A stretch of 48,992 nt of DNA from Phycisphaerales bacterium (lineage in GTDB: Bacteria > Planctomycetota > Phycisphaerae > Phycisphaerales > SM1A02). The stretch lies in contig RECV01000171.1 in NCBI GenBank assembly GCA_007693845.1, forward strand, positions 1-48,992. The letters run 5' to 3'. The number at the start of each line of letters is the position of its first letter. Position 1 is the first letter of the stretch. The position numbers and the translations under genes were made by a program. Below are positions 10,277 to 19,264 of this stretch, in pieces. The notes under the pieces are model-generated. The model had not been told where the DNA came from and ran no database searches. It saw only the letters and a list, made by a program, of their open reading frames with translations.

Positions 10277-10918
10277 ATGACTCTGGGCGAATCCGGTTCC
10301 AATGCATCTTTCTTCAAGTCGCGCGGTATTCCGCTGCTGGTCATCGGCATCCTGCTGATCGTCATCGGCATCGCAGGAGGCGGCGTGCTTGGGTGGATGG
10401 CGATCATGAATGAAATGACTCCCATGCAGCGGGCGGTCTTTCCCGGCAGTGAGCGTTTCACCCTGGAAGAGGCCGGCCCGTACACGATCAGTCATGAATT
10501 CCGCAGTGTGATTGACGGACGGATGATAACCTCGCCACGCAATCTTCCGCCGATGCGGTACGAACTCCGCGCAGCTGATGACGGACGCGTGATCGCTCTG
10601 GAAGGGACGGGTGGCATCGTCACCTACCAGTTGGGCGGCGTCGAGGGGGAGGTGTTGATGTCATTCGAGGTCGATCAGCCGGGTGAATACGTACTGGAAG
10701 CGGTCTTCGAAGATGGTTCGACGACGCCTCCATTTGTGTTGGCCATTCGTCAAGGTTCGCTGGCCGAAACGACGGTCCGGATTGTCACTCCCTGCTGTGG
10801 CGGAGGGGTGACTGCGCTGGCGGGGTTCATTCTCGTGCTGATCGTAACGATCGGCATGCTGCAGCGGCGGGCGGCCAAGGCGGATAGCGTGGCGTATCAC
10901 GAGCCGAGCAGCAGATAA
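10277..10918 (+). CDS. Hypothetical membrane protein (N- and C-terminal TM helices)
   Basis: Hydrophobic segments LLVIGILLIVIGIAGGGVLGW and ALAGFILVLIVTIGML. Confidence 0.5.
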   Translation: MTLGESGSNASFFKSRGIPLLVIGILLIVIGIAGGGVLGWMAIMNEMTPMQRAVFPGSERFTLEEAGPYTISHEFRSVIDGRMITSPRNLPPMRYELRAADDGRVIALEGTGGIVTYQLGGVEGEVLMSFEVDQPGEYVLEAVFEDGSTTPPFVLAIRQGSLAETTVRIVTPCCGGGVTALAGFILVLIVTIGMLQRRAAKADSVAYHEPSSR

Positions 10919-11238
10919 ATCCCCAGCGCGATCAGACCGGCGGAGAGCAGGCCCATGGCCGTGAAGAGTCGAAAACGGTGTTGTCGAAGTCGGGGCTTGT
11001 CGACCCAGTAACGTCCGTCGCCGGTCGCGACGAGGATTCTTCGGCGAATCGGGCCGTCCATCATGTACTGCCGGGTGATCGAAAGGGATCCGGGCTTGCG
11101 CGCTGTCTGCGGGGAGGTTGCACCGGCCTTGAGAAAGGACGAGACCACGCCGCGGTCCTTGAGGAGCAGTGCGGTGATGGAAAGGGGGATGATGAGCGCG
11201 CCGAACGCGCCGAGGCCGCTGCCGGGTGACATGTTCAA
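10897..11238 (-). CDS. Hypothetical small membrane protein
   Basis: 113-aa ORF with two predicted TM segments. Confidence 0.4.
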   Translation of the reverse strand: MNMSPGSGLGAFGALIIPLSITALLLKDRGVVSSFLKAGATSPQTARKPGSLSITRQYMMDGPIRRRILVATGDGRYWVDKPRLRQHRFRLFTAMGLLSAGLIALGIYLLLGS

Positions 11239-11292
11239 AGCTTAGCCGGTCTGATCGTCAGGACCAGCGGAGCTGGGCAAACTGCGCGGGAA

Positions 11293-11332
11293 TGAAAAAA
11301 GCCGGCTGCAGACAACTCCGCAGCCGGTTTTA
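11293..11332 (-). terminator. Rho-independent terminator downstream of the csp gene (hairpin flanked by A-run and T-run, potentially bidirectional)
   Basis: aaaaaaGCCGGCTGCagacaactccGCAGCCGGtttt seen in sequence. Confidence 0.6.
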
Positions 11333-11379
11333 GAGCGTGTTCTATCGGACGAGTTGCCTCGTCTCAATGTTCTGACGGC

Positions 11380-11586
11380 TCACGAAAGCGGGACGACGTT
11401 CGAGGCCTTGGGGCCGCGTTCTTCCTGGGAGAGGTCGAATTCGACGCGCTGCCCGGGCCGAAGCGACTTGAAGCCGTCGGATTTGATGTCACTGAAGTGG
11501 ACAAAGATATCCTTGCCGCCGTCATCGGGGGTGATGAAGCCGAATCCCTTGTTGTCCATGAACTTTGAAACGATTCCGGTTGCCAT
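11380..11586 (-). CDS. cspA: Cold-shock protein (CspA family)
   Basis: [34 protein letters not shown]… RNP1/RNP2 motifs. Start at the internal Met (rc ATG 11584-11586). Confidence 0.9.
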   Translation of the reverse strand: MATGIVSKFMDNKGFGFITPDDGGKDIFVHFSDIKSDGFKSLRPGQRVEFDLSQEERGPKASNVVPLS

Positions 11587-11812
11587 GATCTGGCCTTTCC
11601 TTTCCGTCAAACATTCCGATCGGGCCAAACGCAGCCGAACCGTGCAGAACTGTGACGTGCAGTCTCTGACTTTTAACGAGCCCATTATATCGACCGGAAT
11701 CTCTGGGCAATGGAGGAATCAAAGAAATCTTTGATTGATCCGGGATGTGTGGGACTGAAAGCGATCGTTTGGATCATCCGAGCCCGCCCGACTCGGCGTA
11801 CGATTCGGAACG

Positions 11813-13069
11813 ATGCTGTTGGTTGTTTACACCATCCTGTTCTCCGTGCCGCTGCTGGCCATCCTCTGGTGGATCTGGGCCCATCGGCGATTGCGCACGC
11901 TCCCTCAAGCCGGATGGTGGCGGGCGGCGGTTGCGGTGTTCTCGCTGACGTTTCTGGGCTGCTACGCCTGGATGATGGCCAGCCGGTCCATGGGGACGGG
12001 CTGGTCACCGCATCCCTGGTTGCTGGCGATGCTCATGCTCTGGGGCATGATCTTCCTGCCGTTCGTCGCGATCCCTTCGGCGGCCGGGTGGTACCTTTGG
12101 CGGGGCGTGCGGCGATTCGGGCTCGCCCTCCGCCGCTTGAAGCGTGGGAAGCGCACCATGAAACCGGAGGCGGCTGACCGGGCGGAATCCACGCGAACCG
12201 ATGGCCCCGCCGCCACTTCCGATCAACTGGTCGATCAGTCGATGACCCGCCGTCAGTTGATCGCGGCCTCGTGCATCGCCTTTCCCATGGTCGCCACGCT
12301 CGGCACAACGGTCTACAGCATCCCGCAGAAGCGCCGGTTCACGGTCCGCACGATCGAGGTGCCGATTCCCGACCTGCCCCGCGCGCTGGACGGGACGCGG
12401 ATCGCCCACATCAGTGACACGCATGTCGGCAAGTTCACGCGCGGGCCGATTCTCGATCAGATCGCGCACGAGACCAGCCGGCTTGATGCGGACCTCGTTG
12501 TCATGACGGGCGACCTGATCGACCACACTGTTCAGGATCTGCCCGAAGCGCTCGAAATGATCGACAAGATCAAGACTCGCAATCCGGTCGTGACCATCGA
12601 GGGCAACCACGATCTGTTCGATGGCAGGAGCGTCTTTCGTCGCATGGTGCGTGAGCACGGCGTGTCGCTTCTTCTCGATGAGTCCCGAATCGTCTGGATC
12701 AACGACTACCCCGTGCAACTGCTGGGGATCAAATGGCATGATCGCCAGCATCCGATCGACCAACACGTGGACATCGTTGCGGAGCGGATCGACCGTGATG
12801 CGTTTCCGGTGCTGCTCGCGCATCATCCGCATGCTTTCGACCGTGCCCGGGATCACGACATTCCACTGACCCTGGCCGGTCACACCCACGGCGGGCAGTT
12901 GATGCTGAGTTCAGAGTTCGGAGCCGGCCCCGCCATCTTCAAGTATTGGTCGGGGCTTTACACCAAGGACAACAATTCGCTCGTTGTCAGCAACGGGGCG
13001 GGCAACTGGTTCCCGCTGCGCACCAACGCCCCGGCGGAAATCGTGCACGTGATTCTCCGGCGAAGTTGA
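11813..13069 (+). CDS. Membrane-anchored metallophosphoesterase (calcineurin-like)
   Basis: N-terminal TM helices followed by GDLIDHT…GNHD…GHTHGGQ metallophosphatase motifs. Confidence 0.8.
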   Translation: MLLVVYTILFSVPLLAILWWIWAHRRLRTLPQAGWWRAAVAVFSLTFLGCYAWMMASRSMGTGWSPHPWLLAMLMLWGMIFLPFVAIPSAAGWYLWRGVRRFGLALRRLKRGKRTMKPEAADRAESTRTDGPAATSDQLVDQSMTRRQLIAASCIAFPMVATLGTTVYSIPQKRRFTVRTIEVPIPDLPRALDGTRIAHISDTHVGKFTRGPILDQIAHETSRLDADLVVMTGDLIDHTVQDLPEALEMIDKIKTRNPVVTIEGNHDLFDGRSVFRRMVREHGVSLLLDESRIVWINDYPVQLLGIKWHDRQHPIDQHVDIVAERIDRDAFPVLLAHHPHAFDRARDHDIPLTLAGHTHGGQLMLSSEFGAGPAIFKYWSGLYTKDNNSLVVSNGAGNWFPLRTNAPAEIVHVILRRS

Positions 13070-13078
13070 AACGTACGG

Positions 13079-14416
13079 CTACCGGCGAGGGTTGCGGCGA
13101 CCGTCGCTGCGCTTGACGCGCGATGGCGGGTCCGTCGAGCGAGGTTGCTTCGTCGCCGCCTCGGACAGACGGCTGACCGAGCCCGATGACGATTCGCGCG
13201 AGCGGCCTGAGGATTCACCCTCGGGGCGATCGGTCTGATCAGCATCCTCCGGATCCTCCTGGGGCTCGGGATCGCCGATCCGACGGCCGAAGATCATCTT
13301 CCCCGCGCTGGTCTGCAGCGAATTGCTCACGACGATGCGGAGGGTGTCGCCGACATGGTCGGCAGCGTTCTCCACGACCACCATCGTGCCGTCGGGGAGA
13401 TAGCCGACCCCCTGATTCGGTCCCTCGCCGCGCTTGATGATTTCGACCGACATTTCCTCGCCCGGAATGGCCTGCGATTTCAACGCATTGGCGAGATCGT
13501 TGATGTTGAGCACGGTCACGTCCTGGATCTGACCGACTTTGGCGAGGTTGTAGTCCGTTGTCAGGATGCGCAGATTCTGAGACTGCGCCAAGTCGACCAG
13601 CGCGTGATCGACTGACTGCCCCATGGACACGGCCGCTTCGTCGATCGACAGGTCCAGGTACGGGCTCTCCCGCAGCTTGCCGAGAATGCTCAGTCCACGC
13701 CGGCCGCGCGTGCGTTTCATTCGTTCGCTGGAATCAGCCAGCGTTTGCAGTTCTTCAATCACGAACTGCGGAACGATCGTCGGTGCGTCAATCAAACCGG
13801 TTGAACTGAGCGACTCGACGCGGCCGTCGATGAGTACCGACGTGTCCAGCAGAATCGGCCGCACGCCTCGCACCTGCTTGGCAAATTCCACGTAGGGAAT
13901 CACCAACCGGAAATCATCCTTGGTGGTCAGCACGAACGAGACCGCGAGGTAACAAAGGATAATGGCGATCATCACTTTGAACAGACCTCGCCAGTTGTCC
14001 ATCTGTCCGCCGGTCAGCCCCCAGGCCTGGGCGACAACATCGATCAGCGCGCCGATGGCGAGCGCGACGAGCAGGCCCGCGCAGATCCCGACGTACACGC
14101 CAACCACCGAGGTCAGCCGCTTGTTCGGCAGCATGGCGTCCACGACGAGCACGACTACGCCGATGCCGACGGCGGTCAGAAACACCGCGGCGGCGGTGTA
14201 CAGATTGAAGTCCTCCGGCCGCTCGTCGCCGCTGGCCATCGTGAGCATCGCGATGGTGATCAGCAGCACGAGGAACAGCAGGCGCACGACGAGCATGAGA
14301 AATCGCTGCGATCTCTCTTCTTCCGCCCGTCGGGCTGACGGCTTGAAGATGTCGGTAGCGCGTGGCTGCTCCGGCCCGTCCGTCGGCTGCGTTTCAGTTG
14401 GCTTCTGATCGCTCAC
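13079..14416 (-). CDS. PIN/TRAM-domain membrane protein (YacL-like)
   Basis: N-terminal TM helices, PIN domain (ILLDTSVLIDGR…TTDYNLAKV) and C-terminal TRAM-like beta region (GEEMSVEIIKRGEG…). Confidence 0.8.
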   Translation of the reverse strand: MSDQKPTETQPTDGPEQPRATDIFKPSARRAEEERSQRFLMLVVRLLFLVLLITIAMLTMASGDERPEDFNLYTAAAVFLTAVGIGVVVLVVDAMLPNKRLTSVVGVYVGICAGLLVALAIGALIDVVAQAWGLTGGQMDNWRGLFKVMIAIILCYLAVSFVLTTKDDFRLVIPYVEFAKQVRGVRPILLDTSVLIDGRVESLSSTGLIDAPTIVPQFVIEELQTLADSSERMKRTRGRRGLSILGKLRESPYLDLSIDEAAVSMGQSVDHALVDLAQSQNLRILTTDYNLAKVGQIQDVTVLNINDLANALKSQAIPGEEMSVEIIKRGEGPNQGVGYLPDGTMVVVENAADHVGDTLRIVVSNSLQTSAGKMIFGRRIGDPEPQEDPEDADQTDRPEGESSGRSRESSSGSVSRLSEAATKQPRSTDPPSRVKRSDGRRNPRR

Positions 14417-14477
14417 GGGCGTGAGTGTACCACACGGACCAGAGCCGCTAAGATGCTAACTCCATGCCGAGGGCGTG

Positions 14478-14586
14478 AGAAGACGACCGGGCCCGCCGGA
14501 CGGGTGGCCCGTGAACTTGGTCAGGGCTTGACCGCAGCAGCCATAAGCGGCGTCGTCCGAGCCAGCGGTGTCCTGGTCGTCTTCCC
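14478..14586 (+). ncRNA. ffs: Probable signal recognition particle RNA (small SRP RNA/4.5S-like)
   Basis: ORF-free 230-bp gap upstream of dnaX. Segment CTTGGTCAGG…GCAGCAGCCATAAG resembles the SRP domain IV consensus (CCAGGUCAGG…AAGCAGCCAAGG). A terminal helix pairs GAAGACGACC (14479-14488) with GGTCGTCTTC (14575-14584). Supported by the classical ffs–dnaX–ybaB–recR synteny. Confidence 0.45.
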
Positions 14587-14687
14587 GCGTCTTCGGCGTG
14601 TTTCCGATTGATGGATCAGCATTCGTTTCGTGACGTTCTTTCCGCTGCGTGAGACCACCTCGTCCACGCGACCCCGCGAGTTCCCGC

Positions 14688-16484
14688 ATGGCGAAGCGCA
14701 AGAAAACAAGCTCCCCGAAAAAGTCCGCCGAGACCAAACCACCGGCCGGCGCCGAGGCGAACCCCGGCGCGGGATACACGGTCCTCGCCCGCCGGTACCG
14801 CTCGCGTGACTTCGATGAGCTGATCGGCCAAGAACCCATCGCCCGCACCCTGCAGAACGCGATCAAGAGCGGTCGGGTCGCGCACGCCTATCTCTTCTGC
14901 GGCACGCGCGGGGTGGGCAAGACCTCCATGGCCCGAATCTTCGCCAAAGCGCTCAACGTCACCGAAGATCTCAAAGAGAAGGACCGGGTGGCGGATGCGA
15001 TCATGCGCGGCGAGGACCTCGATGTGATCGAAATCGACGCCGCCTCCAACCGCGGCATCGACAATGCACGTGACGTCATTGCGGGGGCCGGTCTCAGTCC
15101 TGCCCGCTGCCGATACAAAGTCTACATCATTGACGAAGTTCACATGCTCACGCCCCCGGCGTTCAATGCGCTGCTCAAGACGATGGAGGAGCCGCCCGCG
15201 CACGTGAAGTTCATTCTCTGCACGACCGAGTCGCACAAGGTGCCGCAGACGATCCAGAGCCGGTGCCAGCGATTCGACTTCCGGCCGATCCCGACGCAGC
15301 GCATCGCGGACCAGTTACGCATGATCCTCAAGAACGAGGGCGTTGAAGCGGACGACGGCGTCATCATCAGTATCGCGCAGCTTGGTAACGGCTCCATGCG
15401 CGATGCGCTGAGCATGCTCGACCGTATTCTGGCGACCGGTGAGCGGGAATTGTCCACGGAAATGATCGAGCAGATGATCGGTCTGCCCGATCAGGCACTG
15501 ATGATGGACCTGGTGGACGCGATTATCAGCCAGGAGGCCGGAACGACGCTGGAGAAGGGCGATGTGCTGATTCGCCGCGGGGCGTCGGTGGAGCAGATCC
15601 TGGACCTCCTCGCCACGCATTGGCGCAACCTGATGGTGATCAGCGCGTGCGGAGACGAGAGCCCGCTGCTGGAGATGCCCGAAGAGACGCGCCGGCGCGC
15701 CCAGACACAGGCGCAGGCATTCGATACCGCCGGGCTGGTGCATATGGTCGCGTTGTGTGACGCGGTGGCGCAGCGGGTGAAGACGTCCGGCACCGCGCGG
15801 GCGCTGTTTGACGCGGCCATCATTCGTATGGCACAGGCGGAACACTTCGCCGATGTCGCCTCCCTGTTGCGCGGCGAGCCGGCAGCATCGAGTGGAAAAA
15901 AAAAAGCCCTGAACCCGCCGCCCGGTGAAACGGTTCGGCCCGCCGCAATGCCGCGCGTGACCGAAGTCAAGCCGGCATCACCCCCCGCGACCGGCCCGTC
16001 CCGAATGCAAGCTGCGAATTCACCCCAGTCATCCGGCACAACGCCGGACGCACCGAAGGCGAAAGGGGCTGCTTCATCTGCCGCACCGGTCGATCCGACC
16101 GATGGGGCCGCGATCTGGGCGCGATTGCGTGAAGCCGCGGCGACCAAATCATTCCTGCAGGTGAAGATCGATCTGCTGGACTACGTCGGCTTCGACGGTC
16201 GAACGCTGCGGCTGGCGCTCGTTTCCCCTCAGGCCGCCGGTTCACGATTGATCACTGCCCAGACGATGACGACGCTGGAGTCACTCGTGCGCGAATCGGT
16301 TGGCATCAACGTTCGCATCGAAATTGTGAGCGAAGAGAACGCACCAGCCGGTTCATCAGCGCCACGCGCGGCGGAAAATGAACGGATTCGTCTGGCGCGG
16401 GAGGACCCCGCGGTGAAGAAGGCGATGGAAATCTTTGATGCCACCATCATCGATGTGCAGGATCAATCCCATCAGGGAGGATAG
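14688..16484 (+). CDS. dnaX: DNA polymerase III subunit gamma/tau
   Basis: LIGQEPIARTLQNAIKSGRVAHAYLFCGTRGVGKTS… AAA+ clamp-loader motifs. ATG at 14688. Confidence 0.93.
   Translation: MAKRKKTSSPKKSAETKPPAGAEANPGAGYTVLARRYRSRDFDELIGQEPIARTLQNAIKSGRVAHAYLFCGTRGVGKTSMARIFAKALNVTEDLKEKDRVADAIMRGEDLDVIEIDAASNRGIDNARDVIAGAGLSPARCRYKVYIIDEVHMLTPPAFNALLKTMEEPPAHVKFILCTTESHKVPQTIQSRCQRFDFRPIPTQRIADQLRMILKNEGVEADDGVIISIAQLGNGSMRDALSMLDRILATGERELSTEMIEQMIGLPDQALMMDLVDAIISQEAGTTLEKGDVLIRRGASVEQILDLLATHWRNLMVISACGDESPLLEMPEETRRRAQTQAQAFDTAGLVHMVALCDAVAQRVKTSGTARALFDAAIIRMAQAEHFADVASLLRGEPAASSGKKKALNPPPGETVRPAAMPRVTEVKPASPPATGPSRMQAANSPQSSGTTPDAPKAKGAASSAAPVDPTDGAAIWARLREAAATKSFLQVKIDLLDYVGFDGRTLRLALVSPQAAGSRLITAQTMTTLESLVRESVGINVRIEIVSEENAPAGSSAPRAAENERIRLAREDPAVKKAMEIFDATIIDVQDQSHQGG
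15896..15913 (+). other. A10 homopolymer (slippery run) inside dnaX with an immediate −1-frame UGA. Candidate gamma-subunit recoding or transcriptional-slippage site
   Basis: gga aaa aaa aaa gcc ctg a: the −1 frame reads AAA AAG CCC TGA. The position is ~codon 403 of ~598, near the domain III/IV boundary where E. coli (frameshift) and Thermus (slippage) generate gamma. Confidence 0.45.
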
Positions 16485-16493
16485 GATGAAGAC

Positions 16494-16871
16494 ATGTTTG
16501 ATCAACTGAAAGGCATGGCCGGTCTCGCCGGTCTGATGAAGGATCTTCCCAAACTCAAGGCCCGCATGGAGGAGATGAAGGAGCGGCTGGGCGAAGTGGA
16601 GGTCGAAGCGGAGACCGGCGGCGGGGCGGTCCGCGCCCGCGCGAACGGCAAACTGCGCATCGTCGAAATCAAGATCGATCCCGCGCTCATGGCCGGGCTA
16701 GTCGATGCGGCCAATGAAGACGACCGCGCGATGGCGGAAGATCTGGTCACCGGCGCCGTCAATGCTGCCCTTCAAAAAGCGCGAGAGGCGGCGGAAGAGC
16801 ACATGGCGGAAGTCGCATCCGAGATGGGGCTGCCCATGCCGCCCGGCGGGCTCGGTGGGCTGATGTCCTGA
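16494..16871 (+). CDS. ybaB: Nucleoid-associated protein YbaB/EbfC
   Basis: MFDQLKGMAGLAGLMKDLPKLKARMEEMKERLGEVEVEAETGGGAVRA… typical YbaB. Lies immediately after dnaX. Confidence 0.85.
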   Translation: MFDQLKGMAGLAGLMKDLPKLKARMEEMKERLGEVEVEAETGGGAVRARANGKLRIVEIKIDPALMAGLVDAANEDDRAMAEDLVTGAVNAALQKAREAAEEHMAEVASEMGLPMPPGGLGGLMS

Positions 16872-16921
16872 CGCCCAGTGCACCGAAACAAGTGCACCGA
16901 AGTGATTCCAACCGTCAACCC

Positions 16922-17572
16922 ATGAGTTCCGAAGCCACCAGCCAGGCGTACCCCGAACCGGTCAACCGATTGATCGAGGAGTTGTCGCGTCTGCCCGGCA
17001 TCGGCCGCCGAAGCGCGGAGCGGATGGCGTTCTTCATTCTCAAGGCCGAGCGGGATGACGCGATGCGTTTGAGCAAGGCGATCGCGGATGTCAAGGACGC
17101 GGTGCGCTGCTGCTCGATCTGTTCGACCTTGACGGATGTCGACCCCTGCCGCATCTGCACGAACCCGCAGCGCGATGCAAGCACGGTGTTGATCGTCGAA
17201 CAGGCGCGCGATCTGATCAGTCTCGAACAGACCGGCATGTACCGGGGCGTGTACCACGTACTGACCGGGCGGCTCGATCCGCTCAGCGGCGTGGAGGAAC
17301 ATGACCTCACGATTCAGCAACTCTTCGAGCGGATTGACGATGCGGCGCAGAACTGTCGAGGCGAGCAGGTGCGGGAGGTCATCCTCGGCCTGAACCCGAA
17401 TCTTGAAGGGGACAGCACGGCCCTTTACCTGTCCGACGAACTGCGAAAGCGGGGGGTGACGGTCTCCCGTCTCGCCCGCGGCCTGCCCTCGGGTTCTCAA
17501 CTCGAATACGCCAGCCGCGCGGTGCTCGCCGACGCGATCATGGGTCGCCAACCGGTCCCGGATGATCAATGA
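16922..17572 (+). CDS. recR: Recombination protein RecR
   Basis: HhH (LPGIGRRSAERMAF), C4 zinc finger (CCSICSTLTDVDPCRIC) and Toprim region. Confidence 0.9.
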   Translation: MSSEATSQAYPEPVNRLIEELSRLPGIGRRSAERMAFFILKAERDDAMRLSKAIADVKDAVRCCSICSTLTDVDPCRICTNPQRDASTVLIVEQARDLISLEQTGMYRGVYHVLTGRLDPLSGVEEHDLTIQQLFERIDDAAQNCRGEQVREVILGLNPNLEGDSTALYLSDELRKRGVTVSRLARGLPSGSQLEYASRAVLADAIMGRQPVPDDQ

Positions 17573-17749
17573 CCCGGTTCCGAGCGGTTTGTGCGATCTG
17601 TTCCGGCGATTCGGGTGAAAACAGTGGGATCCGAGCAAACATGGCGATTGCTGCGGGGGCGCGGCGGGTCTGTCCGATAGAATGAAGGAGCACCGGACCG
17701 GAATGTCCGGGTTCACGGAGGTTTGATGCGGTTCGAGACCGGCCAACAC

Positions 17750-19264
17750 ATGAAGCTCGGCCAGCAGATGAAGCTGGCGCCGCGGATGATCCAGTCCATG
17801 GAGATTCTGCAACTCTCCGTGCTCGCGCTGCAGGAACGCATCGAGCAGGAACTGGAGTCGAACGTCGCGCTGGAACAGGTCGAGCCCGGCCAGCGATTGG
17901 ATCAGGATTCACCCGATGCAGCCGATGACGGCCCGAACGAGGACCGCCTGGACCGACGGGAACTCGTGGTCGGCGACAGCGACGCTACCGGAAGCGATGC
18001 GGATGATTTCGAACGGCTCAGCGTCTTCGAGTCCAACTACCGCGAAGCGTTTGACAACACGTATTCATCCGAACGCTATTCCGCTTCGCGGCAAAGCGGC
18101 GAACGCGATCGCAAGATGGATGCCATGGCCAACATCGCCGCGCGCGGCGAGAGCTTGACCGACCAACTGCTTCATCAGTGGAACTTCACCGATGTCGATG
18201 ACGAAACCCGCGCGATCGGGGAACGCCTGATCGGCTACATCAACGACGACGGGCTGCTCGATACCGACCTCGACACCATCATCGAGCAGAACCGCTCGAT
18301 TCCCGGCGTGGAACTGACCCGCGAATCACTCGAACGCACGCTGCACGAGTTACAACGATCACTCGAGCCGGCGGGAATCGCCGCCCGCGATCAGCGCGAA
18401 TGTCTGCTGCTGCAGGTCGAAGCGCTCGAACAGGAGGACGATGCGAGCGCGCCGTGGTCAACGGTGCGCCGTCTTATCGAAGATCATTTTGATGACCTAC
18501 TCGAAAATCGTCTGCCGCGCATTGCGCGTGAGACGCAACTGTCCATGACGGAGATTCAGGACGCGATCGCGCTGATGCGCAAACTGAATCTCAGCCCCGG
18601 CCGGAACCTCGTCCCCGACAGTGTCGCGCCGATCATTCCCGATGTGCTGGTCGAATACGACGATCAGTCGGATCAGTACGTCGCGGCCCTGACCGACGGC
18701 CTGCTGCCGACGCTTCGCATCTCGCCCCGCTACGAGAAGATGGCCAAGGACAAGGAAGTCGATCCCGATACGCGTGAGTTCGTCGCCAAAAACGTCCGTA
18801 ACGCGACGTGGCTGATCGACTCGATCAACCAGCGCCAGAACACGCTCCTGCGGGTCGTCAATGTCGTCCTATCTCGGCAACGCGAATTCTTCGATCACGG
18901 ACCGCAGCACTTGAAACCGATGCCCATGGTGGACGTCGCGGATCAGCTTGGCATTCACGTCGGCACGGTCAGCCGCGCGGTGGCGGAGAAGTGGATGCAG
19001 ACGCCCCGCGGCATGGTGCCGCTGCGGAAGTTCTTCTCCGGCGGGACCGAAACTGATTCCGGCGAGGATGTCAGTTGGGAAGCCGTCAAGGCCATGTTGC
19101 GCGAAATCGTTGATGCGGAAGACAAATCCAAACCGCTCAGCGACGAAGCGATCGCGACCGAACTCCGAGAGAAGGGCATCGACATCGCCCGGCGTACGGT
19201 CGTGAAATACCGTCAGCAGCTCAACATCCCGCCCGCGCGGCGGCGCAAGATTTACGCCGAGTAA
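17750..19264 (+). CDS. rpoN: RNA polymerase sigma-54 factor
   Basis: N-terminal MKLGQQMKLAPRMIQSMEILQLS (region I), C-terminal RpoN box (ARRTVVKYR). Alternative TTG/ATG starts at 17723/17726. Confidence 0.9.
   Translation: MKLGQQMKLAPRMIQSMEILQLSVLALQERIEQELESNVALEQVEPGQRLDQDSPDAADDGPNEDRLDRRELVVGDSDATGSDADDFERLSVFESNYREAFDNTYSSERYSASRQSGERDRKMDAMANIAARGESLTDQLLHQWNFTDVDDETRAIGERLIGYINDDGLLDTDLDTIIEQNRSIPGVELTRESLERTLHELQRSLEPAGIAARDQRECLLLQVEALEQEDDASAPWSTVRRLIEDHFDDLLENRLPRIARETQLSMTEIQDAIALMRKLNLSPGRNLVPDSVAPIIPDVLVEYDDQSDQYVAALTDGLLPTLRISPRYEKMAKDKEVDPDTREFVAKNVRNATWLIDSINQRQNTLLRVVNVVLSRQREFFDHGPQHLKPMPMVDVADQLGIHVGTVSRAVAEKWMQTPRGMVPLRKFFSGGTETDSGEDVSWEAVKAMLREIVDAEDKSKPLSDEAIATELREKGIDIARRTVVKYRQQLNIPPARRRKIYAE

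Noticed and set aside
14616-16245. Antisense ORFs (206, 218, 176 aa) across dnaX
   Set aside because: They overlap dnaX, have biased R/A/G composition and no motifs.
17573-17749. Weak hairpin (ACCGGA…TCCGGGT) upstream of rpoN as a possible terminator or attenuator
   Set aside because: The stem is short and imperfect with no flanking U-run. It is not distinguishable from chance in 65% GC DNA.
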